A stretch of 64,000 nucleotides of DNA from an uncultured Planctomycetaceae bacterium (GCA_964609845.1 CAZSTW010000010.1:8423-72422), one strand, 5' to 3'; counted from the stretch's first letter, positions 1 through 8,949 are shown. Notes: generated from the sequence alone by a model not told the origin. Program-made: numbers and translations.

Positions 1-433
1 TTCCATATCCACGATCACGCCTGCGGTCACGATTGGGGTCACGACGATCGATTCCATCGGGAAGTTGATCGGTTGCACGATGACGGCGATCTGGTTTTGG
101 ATTGCGCAGATTGAGACCGACTCGAGTCTGCTTGAAGATGATCGGACCACGCGATGTCAGGCGGACGGCAACGGCCACCAGCAACATGACGGGGGCCAGA
201 ATGATCAGCATGATTGACGCCACAACAACGTCCGTGGCCCGTTTCAGAAGACGAGTCGATTCGCCAAGGCAGCGCGTGTTGCGTCGAGGCCGCTGCAGTT
301 TGAGTCGTGTCAGCCATTCCGTGGTGGGGAGATCGACATCACCGACATACTGGTCGTACAGATCCGCAAATTCATCCCTTCGCACGTCGGGTGCAGGAAG
401 TGTTTCCACGGAATCGACAACAGTCGCACTCAT
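1..433 (-). CDS. Bacterial sugar transferase (polyprenyl-phosphate sugar phosphotransferase, WbaP/EpsB-like), N-terminal part; C-terminus lies beyond the window start
   Basis: My own minus-strand translation from the ATG at 431-433 gives MSATVVDSVETLPAPDV...STRLLKRATDVVVASIMLIILAPVMLLVAVAVRLTSRGPIIFKQTRVGLN... This contains the KR-x-x-D...SxGPxxFxQxRxG membrane-anchor block typical of the Bac_transf family. The frame stays open to base 1. It is missing from the supplied ORF track because it is open-ended. Confidence 0.7.
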   Translation of the reverse strand, partial: MSATVVDSVETLPAPDVRRDEFADLYDQYVGDVDLPTTEWLTRLKLQRPRRNTRCLGESTRLLKRATDVVVASIMLIILAPVMLLVAVAVRLTSRGPIIFKQTRVGLNLRNPKPDRRHRATDQLPDGIDRRDPNRDRRRDRGYG

Positions 434-940
434 CGAATGACTCCAGCCAGTCTCATTGCGTTCGCGCAAACAGGAAGCCCGATCAAACGATGCGGCCCTG
501 GCGGCATCGTTTATCTGCTGCTTGCACAGACTTCACTGTCCAAACATACGCCATTCCTTCAGTCCGGCGCGAACTCGGTGGTAATCTCTGACGATTGAGC
601 GTGACTTGTGTATCGATCATTCCGGTTCGAGCGATGTTTCCGGCAGTCGGCGGATGGTGAAATTACGAAACGTCGGAGCTTTTTACCCGAACTTCGCGGC
701 AAGCAGATCTGGTGACTTTCGGACAACCCCTTCTCAGGACGGAAACGCTGATCCCCGTCAGCAATCACGTGAATAGGATTCACAAGACTCAAGCGGCATG
801 TCGAAATCTGTTCCTAAGTATCAGAGCGGCAATTTCCGCCGAACGATCAGAAGTCGAGATGTGTCGACCATTCGAAAATCCCTCGTCCGGGATAAGAGTC
901 TGGTCGCGATTGGTGTCCGGAATTCAGACAAGGAAGCATC

Positions 941-1138
941 ATGCGTAAATTGGTACCGTTGGTGGCGTTGGCGATTGTGATCCTGACAACGAGCGACAGC
1001 GATGCCTCGAATCGACGCGTTCGGACAAGTCCCGCACCGGCAGTGTCGAGCCAGTCAGCTGCCGGCCCTCTCGGACGACTGATGGAATTGGAACGTCGCA
1101 AAAATGCAGCGATCCGACAGATGTTTCTGGGACGGTAA
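941..1138 (+). CDS. Small secreted hypothetical protein (65 aa)
   Basis: ATG ORF with a signal-peptide-like N-terminus (MRKLVPLVALAIVILTTS). A strong hairpin plus T-run terminator follows 27 nt downstream. Confidence 0.4.
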   Translation: MRKLVPLVALAIVILTTSDSDASNRRVRTSPAPAVSSQSAAGPLGRLMELERRKNAAIRQMFLGR

Positions 1139-1164
1139 TCGACAGTCTTTGAAATCGTGAACTC

Positions 1165-1195
1165 AGCCGACATCGTTTGCGATGTCGGCTTTTTC
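1165..1195 (+). terminator. Rho-independent terminator
   Basis: AGCCGACATCG (1165-1175), loop TTTG, CGATGTCGGCT (1180-1190), then TTTTCG. This is a perfect 11-bp stem followed by a T-run. Confidence 0.6.
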
Positions 1196-1251
1196 GTTGG
1201 CTGGAGCCGATTCGGTCCGGTTTTGAGTTGCCGCCTGGACCCTCCTGCCAC

Positions 1252-1353
1252 CTTCGTGCTCTTCGCGTCCTTCGTGGTAATCCGATTCCACCTACGACAA
1301 CCGACTGCCTGGTACGACCTTTATTCAACACGAAGGACACGAAGAGCACGAAG
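1252..1353. repeat. Intergenic hairpin repeat, copy 1 (25-bp inverted arms around a conserved ~52-nt loop)
   Basis: CTTCGTGCTCTTCGCGTCCTTCGTG (1252-1276) pairs with CACGAAGGACACGAAGAGCACGAAG (1329-1353), 24/25 complementary. The loop GTAATCCGATTCCACCTACGACAACCGA.TGCCTGGTA.GACCTT.ATTCAA recurs at 1520-1570. Confidence 0.8.
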
Positions 1354-1511
1354 GTTTTAGAGGGCAAAACTTCGTTGGTTTGTTCGTTGGAGGTGTGGTA
1401 AAACCGCTGTTACACGCATGTCTCTGGGGGGGGCGAGAGTGGCTACGCACCAACAAGATTTGCAGCTTCCCTTTTGGCGAACTTGAGCTGAATTGGGATT
1501 TGCTTCCGCCG

Positions 1512-1589
1512 CTTCGTGGTAATCCGATTCCACCTACGACAACCGAATGCCTGGTAGGACCTTAATTCAACACGAAGGACACGAAGAGC
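1512..1589. repeat. Intergenic hairpin repeat, copy 2 (left arm truncated)
   Basis: Near-identical to 1269-1347: ..CTTCGTGGTAATCCGATTCCACCTACGACAACCGAATGCCTGGTAGGACCTTAATTCAACACGAAGGACACGAAGAGC. Confidence 0.8.
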
Positions 1590-1688
1590 CTGGCGCTGGC
1601 TTCGCCCGCAACCCACTCGTCGTGAGACTGCGAGCTGGTTTCACGCTTGTGGAACTGTAACTCCATCGGTCATCAATGGGTTATGGAG

Positions 1689-2010
1689 GTGACGCAACCC
1701 CATTTGGGGTAGAAGACCATTGTATGTTACGCACCCAGGGTAGCGAGCTTTGCTCGCAACCCTGGGCTATAAGACGTAACTCCGTTGGAGTAGAAGACGG
1801 CTCGCATGAGACGGCCAGTTTGTTGGAGCCGATAAGCTGGACATGAGAAAGGCGATTCAAAACGTGTGAACTGCGGATATGCTGTGAACGAAATCCGTCT
1901 GTCAGCTACTCCAACGGAGTTACGTCTTATAGCCCAGGGTTGCCGCATCCTGCGGCTACCTTGGGTCTGCGGAATCGACCACATCCTTCCCCGAATGGGG
2001 TTGTGTCGCC
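1689..2010. repeat. Foldback element: two 105-nt inverted arms (1689-1793, 1906-2010) around a 112-nt spacer
   Basis: The inner 38 nt GCAACCCTGGGCTATAAGACGTAACTCCGTTGGAGTAG (1756-1793) is exactly reverse-complementary to 1906-1943. The outer arm parts are diverged but collinear, and each arm keeps its own local hairpin. Confidence 0.8.
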
Positions 2011-2087
2011 TTTCTGATCGGGTGACGGAACGTGACCCCAGAATCTTCGCGCCAAGCAAAGAAATCAAACGTTCGTATCACGAAGTG

Positions 2088-2152
2088 CACGAAGGTTTTT
2101 AAAGAGCAAGACTTCGTGGGTTCGTTCATCGAGGTGGCCTAAAAACGCCGTG
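2088..2152. repeat. Second copy of the tail motif also found at 1347-1410
   Basis: CACGAAGGTTTTTAAAGAGCAAGACTTCGTGGGTTCGTTCATCGAGGTGGCCTAAAAACGCCGTGG aligns with 1347-1410, CACGAAGGTTTTAGAGGGCAAAACTTCGTTGGTTTGTTCGTTGGAGGTGTGGTAAAACCGCTGT. Confidence 0.65.
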
Positions 2153-2178
2153 GCTCTATCCCGCGAAAGACGGCTTCT

Positions 2179-2550
2179 TTACCCGACGAGCAGTGTGGTG
2201 CTGGAGCGGGCTGCGGTCCCTTCGAAGTATTCGCGAAGATCAACGGCGAGTTCCTGACCGAGAGCTTCGTAAGGAGCACGATGAGCAACCCGATCTCTGA
2301 GTCGTTGCAGTTTTTCGAACGAGATCGGGATGTCAGACACCCCCAGGTTCGACTCGCGCGGGATCACGGGCAAATAGATCTGTGACGCTCGCGGCCTGAA
2401 GACCAGCAGCATGTCGAGCGTTGCCAGCAACCAGCGATCCCGTTCTCGCCCCGGATGTTCGTCCAGCAGCACACGCAAGTCGCCCAGCAAGAGATGTTCA
2501 AATCCCAGCCGGGGGGCTCCTGTATGTGTGTGGGGGGCAGTGGCAATCAT
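2179..2550 (-). CDS. Hypothetical protein (123 aa)
   Basis: Longest ORF in the gap. No family motif recognised. Start codon uncertain. Confidence 0.4.
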   Translation of the reverse strand: MIATAPHTHTGAPRLGFEHLLLGDLRVLLDEHPGRERDRWLLATLDMLLVFRPRASQIYLPVIPRESNLGVSDIPISFEKLQRLRDRVAHRAPYEALGQELAVDLREYFEGTAARSSTTLLVG

Positions 2551-2912
2551 TGAAATTGCTGTCCGGGAAGCGAATGGGCATGAGGTCTATCTGAAATGCA
2601 GGGCGAGTTGAATTGTCTAATCGCAACCTGCGTGCCAGAGATTTCGAGAAGTTTGCAACAGCTTGCGGATTTGTCGCAATGCATTTGATGAAAGAGACTT
2701 GCAACTCAATTCAACCTGGGAAACAGTTGCAAGTCACTACGTTGACGGCCGCTAATCACGGCACTCTGACCAATTTCAGGCAACCCTGCGACAATGTCCG
2801 GCATGACTCGTTGGCGTCACCTGCATGGTTGCCAGTCCGCTTGCGTTCTGAAAATCCGCACGCCACTCTGATACGCCCTGACTTGGAAGCGCCCCAACAA
2901 GGAGTATCAACA

Positions 2913-3848
2913 ATGCGGACGATGGCACGATCACTCGTACTTCCACTACTGCTCTGTCTCTTCGAAATTGCTGGCAATTTCACATTTGCCGCTGAGCCAA
3001 TCGGTCTTTCAGTCACATGGGACAAGAACTATCTGACAATCCGCGGTGACAAGCTGCCAGGTCGCGAGATGAAGGTGCTGTATCTGGAAGCCTATTGTCG
3101 CCCCGGTTCGACAGACCGTGACTGGGGGCAGACAGTCATTGGACATACGACAGAGCAACTTCCCCTGGCTACCGGAGAAACTGCCGGCAGAGTCGTGAAA
3201 TTGAAGTGTCTGTTGAAGGATGGCGTGACAGTTCAACACACAATCACGGCCAAAGATGACGAGATTGATTTTCAGCTTGTGGCCCACAATCCGACGGACA
3301 AACCGTCTCAGGCCGACTGGGCCCAACCCTGTATTCGTGTCGGGGAGTTTACCGGATTGGATCGCGTTCAATACGTTGCGAAGTCGTTTGTCTTCGTGGA
3401 TGGCCAACTGATGCGAATGCCACTCGTGATCGACGGTAAGGTCGCAGCCCCGCCTGCCAGCGTGACAAATGTCGGCCGCGACCCGGTCATCTCGCTGGAA
3501 AAATGGGCGATGAAGGCTCGCTATATTCCCGGACAGGTCTGGGCAGGGAAAGGTGTGGATCGAAACGATGTCAATCCGCGTCCCCTGAGCAAAATCGTGC
3601 TCTCCAACGGTCTGATCGGTTGCTACTCGGCCGACGAATCGATGGTCATGGCAACAGCCTTTGAACCCTATCAGGAGCTTTTTCAAGGGGTCGCCCATTG
3701 TGTTCATTCGGATTTCCGAATCGGCGGATTGAAGCCAGGAGAAACGAAGCCCATTTGCGGGAAGATTTATTTTGTCAAAAATGATATCCCGACACTGCTG
3801 AAGCGGTATGAAAAGGACTTCCCAGAGCACCAGTCACCCGCAAAATGA
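2913..3848 (+). CDS. Secreted hypothetical protein (311 aa)
   Basis: An internal ATG at 2913 is preceded by AAGGAG (2899-2904) and followed by a signal peptide, MRTMARSLVLPLLLCLFEIAGNFTFAAEP. The upstream part of the 411-aa track ORF is not protein-like. Confidence 0.7.
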   Translation: MRTMARSLVLPLLLCLFEIAGNFTFAAEPIGLSVTWDKNYLTIRGDKLPGREMKVLYLEAYCRPGSTDRDWGQTVIGHTTEQLPLATGETAGRVVKLKCLLKDGVTVQHTITAKDDEIDFQLVAHNPTDKPSQADWAQPCIRVGEFTGLDRVQYVAKSFVFVDGQLMRMPLVIDGKVAAPPASVTNVGRDPVISLEKWAMKARYIPGQVWAGKGVDRNDVNPRPLSKIVLSNGLIGCYSADESMVMATAFEPYQELFQGVAHCVHSDFRIGGLKPGETKPICGKIYFVKNDIPTLLKRYEKDFPEHQSPAK

Positions 3849-3877
3849 ATCTCAGCAATGGCCGAGGGTAAAACTCG

Positions 3878-5155
3878 ATGACAACATCGGACAATTCCAT
3901 GAGTCGCACCGTTTCGCTGGGCGTCTTGCTCGCGCTGATTGCGCTTCTGGGAGGAATGTTCTATCGAGTTATCTCTCCGTTCTTGCTGCCGTTGTTCCTG
4001 GCAGCGGTCCTGAGTGTGATCTGCCAACCCCTGCAAAAGTACTTTCTGAAGAAGACCGGGGGGCGAACGGCCTGGGCGGCGGGATTGACGACGGCTGCGG
4101 TTACACTGATGGTCGTTGGTCCACTCGTTACAGGAACTTTCATTGCTGCGACAAATCTATACAACCTGGCGGATCGTCATCTGGGTGGAGATTGGTCACG
4201 AGCCCAGGAAATTCTCTGGCGAGACGCACTGATACCCGCGCTGGAGAGACTTTCTCCATTCATTCCCGGTGGACTATCTGACGAACGATTGCTGCAACTG
4301 CAGGAAGAGTTCACAAAGAACATGCAGTCGCTGGCGACTCAATTGGCCGGAACGACATTCGCAATTGCATCATCCACCGTCGGAGTATTCGTTTCTCTGG
4401 CGATCGCCGCGGGGATGTTCCTGACTGCATTGTACTACTTCCTGGCGGATGGTCCGTCGATCCTGGCAGCGACAGAAGAACTGATTCCCCTGCCGATCGA
4501 TCATCAACGCAAGCTGCACGACCGGTTTGCTGCTGTGGTTCGTGCTGTTGTCATGGCCACATTCGCGGCAGCATTTGCACAGGGATTAGCGACCGCAGTG
4601 GCTCTGCAGGTCTGCGGGTTTGGCCATTTCGTAATCTTCCTGGCGATCGGATCGATGGTTTCATTGATCCCACTGGCGGGAGCGTGGATGGTCTGGGGGC
4701 CTTGTGTCATCTTGCTGGCACTACAGGGACACTGGTGGGCCGCGATCGGTCTGACCATCTGGGGTCTCGTCGTTGTGGGAACGTTGGACAACATCGTCAA
4801 AATGTACGTTCTGGAAAGCGAAGCAGATCTGCATCCATTGATTGCGTTCATCAGCGTGATTGGTGCGTTACAAGTGATGGGGTTGTGGGGAATTTTCATC
4901 GGCCCGATCGTAGCATCCTGTCTGTTCGCGTTGATTCAGATCTTCAACGCGGAACTGAATGAACTTTCGAAAGAGCGAGAAAGTCTCGATGCATCACCAG
5001 CGAGTACCGCAAATCCGATGAGCCTCGCACCATCGACTGCAGATCTTGCTTCGATGGCTTCAGATTCAAAAGCGACTTTGCCGAATCCACCGTCGACAGG
5101 ATCTACGGAGGCGAATCGGCCGAATTCGAAGGGAAGTCGAAAACGACGGCGGTAA
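3878..5155 (+). CDS. AI-2E family transporter (PerM/YhhT/TqsA-like permease)
   Basis: 425 aa with about 8 hydrophobic helices and the overall layout and length typical of UPF0118/AI-2E. The C-terminal tail is hydrophilic. Confidence 0.8.
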   Translation: MTTSDNSMSRTVSLGVLLALIALLGGMFYRVISPFLLPLFLAAVLSVICQPLQKYFLKKTGGRTAWAAGLTTAAVTLMVVGPLVTGTFIAATNLYNLADRHLGGDWSRAQEILWRDALIPALERLSPFIPGGLSDERLLQLQEEFTKNMQSLATQLAGTTFAIASSTVGVFVSLAIAAGMFLTALYYFLADGPSILAATEELIPLPIDHQRKLHDRFAAVVRAVVMATFAAAFAQGLATAVALQVCGFGHFVIFLAIGSMVSLIPLAGAWMVWGPCVILLALQGHWWAAIGLTIWGLVVVGTLDNIVKMYVLESEADLHPLIAFISVIGALQVMGLWGIFIGPIVASCLFALIQIFNAELNELSKERESLDASPASTANPMSLAPSTADLASMASDSKATLPNPPSTGSTEANRPNSKGSRKRRR

Positions 5156-5179
5156 TTGCACGGCGTGTGAACACGTCTA

Positions 5180-5270
5180 GATCGCATCTCATTTAAGTGC
5201 AGCGTCCCGCGGGCATCAAACTACAGCGTCTAACCCATGTTTCGACGCGACACGGAAGTGCGACACGCAC
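5180..5270. mobile_element. 91-bp TA-flanked MITE, copy 1
   Basis: GATCGCATCTCATTTAAGTG...GGAAGTGCGACACGCAC, flanked by TA at 5178-79 and 5271-72. 87/91 identical to copy 3. The terminal inverted repeats are imperfect. Confidence 0.75.
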
Positions 5271-5998
5271 TAAATGCGTGCTGGAAGTATCTGTAATTCT
5301 GGCACGACGGCACGCGCCGGAAGTCTGGCCAGGAATAAAACCGCCTGGGCGACGTCTTCGGGCAGAAGGGACAGGTCGAGGACTTCACGCGGCGTTGGAA
5401 CCGGTCGTCGCGTCAGGATTTCGGTATCACAGAGTCCTGGAAAAATGACCGAAGTGCGGATTCCATGTGATTTCTCTTCGACACGTGTCCCGTGGGCCAA
5501 GCCAACGAGCCCATGCTTGCTCGCCTGATAGGCGACGCCTGACACATCCGGCATCTGCACACACGCCGACGACAGGTAAACGATCAACCCGTTCCTGGCC
5601 GATCGCATTGCGGGCAAGACCGCTTTCGTGCAGGTGAATGCTCCGTTCAAATTGGTGTTGATTAACTGATGCCAGTTCTCGTCGGTCAGTACGGTCAGCG
5701 ATCGATCAGGAAGATTTGTGCCCGTCGCATAGACCAGCAGGTCAATGCGTCCTGTTTTCTGCAGCGACTGATCTACGAGTGATTGGACACTCGCTGGATT
5801 TGTACAGTCGGCAACCACGGTTTCCAGCGAGCCACCCATGTCATCAACCAGCCGAGCGAGATCATCGAGTCGATCCGCGCGGCGTGCTGCTGCAACAACG
5901 TGCATTCCGGCCCGCGCCAGTTCGATCGCAGTCGCTCGCCCCATTCCACTGGATGCACCGACGACAATTCCTGTTTGTCTGTGAAGATCTGCATTCAT
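5270..5998 (-). CDS. SDR family oxidoreductase
   Basis: N-terminal GASSGMGRA (TGxxxGxG-type) Rossmann motif and YQASK (YxxxK) catalytic motif; 242 aa. Confidence 0.9.
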   Translation of the reverse strand: MNADLHRQTGIVVGASSGMGRATAIELARAGMHVVAAARRADRLDDLARLVDDMGGSLETVVADCTNPASVQSLVDQSLQKTGRIDLLVYATGTNLPDRSLTVLTDENWHQLINTNLNGAFTCTKAVLPAMRSARNGLIVYLSSACVQMPDVSGVAYQASKHGLVGLAHGTRVEEKSHGIRTSVIFPGLCDTEILTRRPVPTPREVLDLSLLPEDVAQAVLFLARLPARAVVPELQILPARI

Positions 5999-6130
5999 TT
6001 CGTGTTTTTCCCGTCGTCACCTGCTTTCCTGCATTGGCTCGCGACACGTCAGCCAATTGCGGAACGCGAGTCTTCAGTCTACTCTATTTCAGGTACATCC
6101 TTGTCAGGCCGTCCCGATGGAGATCTTCGC

Positions 6131-7135
6131 ATGAATAAACTCTGGACTCCGACGAATACTCTTCTGGTATTTTCTCTTTCTCTCTCGTTTGTGACCAGTC
6201 TTTACGCTGATCCCGTTCCACCGTTTCCGACAGATCCCGGAGCGTGGGTCAATTCTGGCCCGCTGTCAATGGAGAGTCTCAAGGGGAAGGGAGTTGTTCT
6301 GTGGTTCTTCGAAGAAGAAGATCAGGGGAGTGCTGCACGCTGGCGCACGACTGTGGACGAGGTGAAGAAGTTCGAAGGGCGACCGGTCATTTTTATCGGC
6401 GTGAACTCGGGAAGTCCTCGACCGAAGGTCGAGGCTTACATTCGGCAGGTCGGGGGAAAATGGCCGGTGATTGTTGACCAGTCGCGCGACTTCGAATCTG
6501 CGTGCGGATTGTTTCAGGCGATTGATACCAGAAACGTTTCACAGTTCCGCTACATCACCGCCGATGGCGAGATGCATATTCCGGTAAAGGACGAAATCAA
6601 GGAGATTGCCGACCTGGCGGAAGAGGGTGCCGCATGGAAGATTGATCCCACCAATATCCCCGATCCACTCAAGCAGACCTGGTTCTCGGTTGAGATTGGC
6701 AATTACAAAGGTCTGGCCGCGAATTTGAAAAAATCGGCGTCCTCGCCCAAGGCAGAGACGAAAGAGGCTGCCACAAAGCTGATGGAAATCGTACAGCAGG
6801 AAATCGATGCTCAGATGGCGAAGATCAAGGAATCGCAGGAAGCTTCCAATACCTTCAAGACTCACGAACTGCTCTCGGAATTACTCGATCGGTTCAATGG
6901 ATTCGAATTGCCGAAAGAGACCGCGACCATGAAGAAAGATCTGGCAAAAGACGCCAAGGTCAAGGCCGGGATGCTCGCCCTGAAGAGTTTGGAGGCGGAA
7001 CGAAAGAAACTGGTCGTTGGCAACCCTGCGGCGAAAGCCAAGTCGATCGCAGCACTCGAAAAAATTGTGAGTGAATTTCCGGAAACCTCGCTGGCCAGAC
7101 ATGCTCAGGCGTTAATTGACGCGGCCCAGAAATAG
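6131..7135 (+). CDS. Secreted protein with a thioredoxin/redoxin-like N-domain lacking CxxC, plus a helical Lys/Ala-rich C-domain
   Basis: ATG at 6131 followed by a signal peptide (MNKLWTPTNTLLVFSLSLSFVTSLYA). LKGKGVVLWFFEEED occupies the position where TlpA/redoxins carry WCxxC. Confidence 0.65.
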   Translation: MNKLWTPTNTLLVFSLSLSFVTSLYADPVPPFPTDPGAWVNSGPLSMESLKGKGVVLWFFEEEDQGSAARWRTTVDEVKKFEGRPVIFIGVNSGSPRPKVEAYIRQVGGKWPVIVDQSRDFESACGLFQAIDTRNVSQFRYITADGEMHIPVKDEIKEIADLAEEGAAWKIDPTNIPDPLKQTWFSVEIGNYKGLAANLKKSASSPKAETKEAATKLMEIVQQEIDAQMAKIKESQEASNTFKTHELLSELLDRFNGFELPKETATMKKDLAKDAKVKAGMLALKSLEAERKKLVVGNPAAKAKSIAALEKIVSEFPETSLARHAQALIDAAQK

Positions 7136-7149
7136 TACAGCGTACGGCC

Positions 7150-8949
7150 TTACTTGAACGGTTCCACACTGATTTCAATCTTACCGATCACAAACGGGAT
7201 CGACTGTTCGGGGGCGATGACAATGTCGCTTCCCCACATCTTTGAGAAGCAGGCATTGGTCACGTGCCAGGTGTGAGTCTGCCAGGTCGCCTCCTGTGAC
7301 ACACCAAACCATTGGCCGACGTTGGCGTACGGCATACGCCCCTGGCTGTCGGCCACTTCATATCGAAGATTCATGCCGACATTCCCCGCTGCGAGGCGGC
7401 GGACTGTCGCACGGACGTAGTATTCGCGGGTCTGAAAACTCGCGAACGACGGATGTGCATAGAATGAAACGGGATGATTGATATCCCCTGCCACGACAAG
7501 GCCCGCAGATCCATCGGCAAATGTGACGGTCGGATACTTTCCCCGGTTTCGTGGGGAAACTCCTTGAAGCTGATCGGGCTGTCCCGCGTGGAAGCTGACG
7601 ACTTTGGCCGATGTGTAGTCGCCACCCCAGGGGAAATTGCGGTCAACATTTTCGCGGGCCTGCTGAACGATGTCTGCGGGAAGCCCTGTGATGATAACGG
7701 GGATGTCGTTCAGGACGAGTGGCTTTCCGGCCATTAACTTTGTCGTGACGGCACTGATCGCATTCGTCACGTCGACATCTTTTTTAAACGTGAGAGTTCG
7801 ACTGGCGGCGTCCGATTTAAACCCGCTCGGCATCCATGCGACCAGCACCTCCGAAGATCTACCCGCAAATACAAATCCATAACCACGCTTTAGGTCACCC
7901 AGAGCCAGCCAGCCCTGGTATTTCGGCGAATCTCCAAGCTCTGACGCGAGCAGTTTCATCGTTCGGAAGGCCGCGCGTGGACTGCCATCGCGTTTCAATA
8001 ATCCGAATCCCTGATCTTCACCTGCCGGGTCCTGAGCCTCAAACCACTGCGTGCAGGTGATGCCTTGAGCGATCGCCATCGTGTACATCCGAGCCAGGGC
8101 GTTCGCAGCATCGTCTTCCGTGATTGAGCGATCTTTATTCGATGTCAGGCGATGGCCGACTTCGGTCATCCAGATATCAGCATTGGCCCGCTCGGGTGCG
8201 GCCTGCTTGAGCATGGAACGCAGCGAGCGATTCATCCAGAGAAACGGAACTTCGCCATCGGTCTCAACCAGACCATCAGCGATCTCGTACGGATGGATAC
8301 AGAGAAAGTCGAAGCTGTTCGGCTTTCCCTGTGTGGCCATCGCGCGAATTGTCTGGTGAAGATACGGCGCATCAAAACTGGCAACAGTCAGCCCGATCTG
8401 CGACCGCGGATCGGCTTTTTTCGCGGCTTCGTAGGTGGCAACGGCGAGGCGCGCGTAATCACTGGTTGTGTGATGGCCGTCATTGAAACCTCCGTTCCCT
8501 TCGTTCCAGACTTCCCAGTAGCGGATCTGGTGCTTGTAGCGTCCTACTACGGTGGCCACGTATCTGGACCAGCTTTCCAGATCCTCGATCGGGAATGTAT
8601 GAATTGATTTGGACCCCGGACGCGAGCCCATCAGGATGGCGTTGATTTCCAGCTTGTGATCGGTCGCCGATTTGATCAATCGATCCCCATCGACCCAGTT
8701 CCATGTTCCCTGCTTCGGTTCGAAGTTGCTCCATTCCGGAAACAGGCGGACGGTCGTGACACCCGCTTCGGCGATCTTCGGGAACCACTCTTCGTGGTTC
8801 CGGAATGAACTGGCGGAGGAACTGATACCCCACGGCGAGACGCTTCGTCGTACAGGCGTGTCAGGTTCAGCCGCCTCGACTCGTATGATTAAACACCAGC
8901 AGGCCATTACCGCGAACAGACTGCGATACAATGAGGTGTGCCAAGCCAT
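7150..8949 (-). CDS. Secreted glycoside hydrolase, clan GH-A (TIM-barrel) type, with C-terminal beta-sandwich-like region
   Basis: Signal peptide MAWHTSLYRSLFAVMACWCLIIRVEAAEP. TVRLFPEWSNFEPKQGTWNW and YWEVWNEGNG (the NE acid/base motif) are typical of GH5/GH39-like enzymes. Confidence 0.7.
   Translation of the reverse strand: MAWHTSLYRSLFAVMACWCLIIRVEAAEPDTPVRRSVSPWGISSSASSFRNHEEWFPKIAEAGVTTVRLFPEWSNFEPKQGTWNWVDGDRLIKSATDHKLEINAILMGSRPGSKSIHTFPIEDLESWSRYVATVVGRYKHQIRYWEVWNEGNGGFNDGHHTTSDYARLAVATYEAAKKADPRSQIGLTVASFDAPYLHQTIRAMATQGKPNSFDFLCIHPYEIADGLVETDGEVPFLWMNRSLRSMLKQAAPERANADIWMTEVGHRLTSNKDRSITEDDAANALARMYTMAIAQGITCTQWFEAQDPAGEDQGFGLLKRDGSPRAAFRTMKLLASELGDSPKYQGWLALGDLKRGYGFVFAGRSSEVLVAWMPSGFKSDAASRTLTFKKDVDVTNAISAVTTKLMAGKPLVLNDIPVIITGLPADIVQQARENVDRNFPWGGDYTSAKVVSFHAGQPDQLQGVSPRNRGKYPTVTFADGSAGLVVAGDINHPVSFYAHPSFASFQTREYYVRATVRRLAAGNVGMNLRYEVADSQGRMPYANVGQWFGVSQEATWQTHTWHVTNACFSKMWGSDIVIAPEQSIPFVIGKIEISVEPFK

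Noticed and set aside
615-640. GGTTCGAGC-type T-loop-like string as a possible tRNA
   Set aside because: No acceptor stem, anticodon arm or D-arm can be drawn around it. No tRNA was found anywhere in the window by eye.
3009-3830. Long antisense ORFs (for example 3009-3830 -, 16042-16932 -, 19111-20259 -, 21985-22782 -, 39574-40452 +, 40597-41412 +, 44456-45325 +, 53428-54144 +)
   Set aside because: Each lies fully inside a well-supported gene on the other strand. Their translations are Arg/Ser/Gly-rich and low in complexity with no motifs. These are the typical shadow ORFs of GC-rich coding DNA.
5783-6130. The N-terminal 116 codons of the 450-aa track ORF (and similar extensions of the 2613, 21868, 26401, 27728 and 58160 ORFs)
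   Set aside because: The extensions overlap neighbouring genes or repeats and are not protein-like. Internal starts with signal peptides, SD-like sequences or family-typical N-termini give better models.
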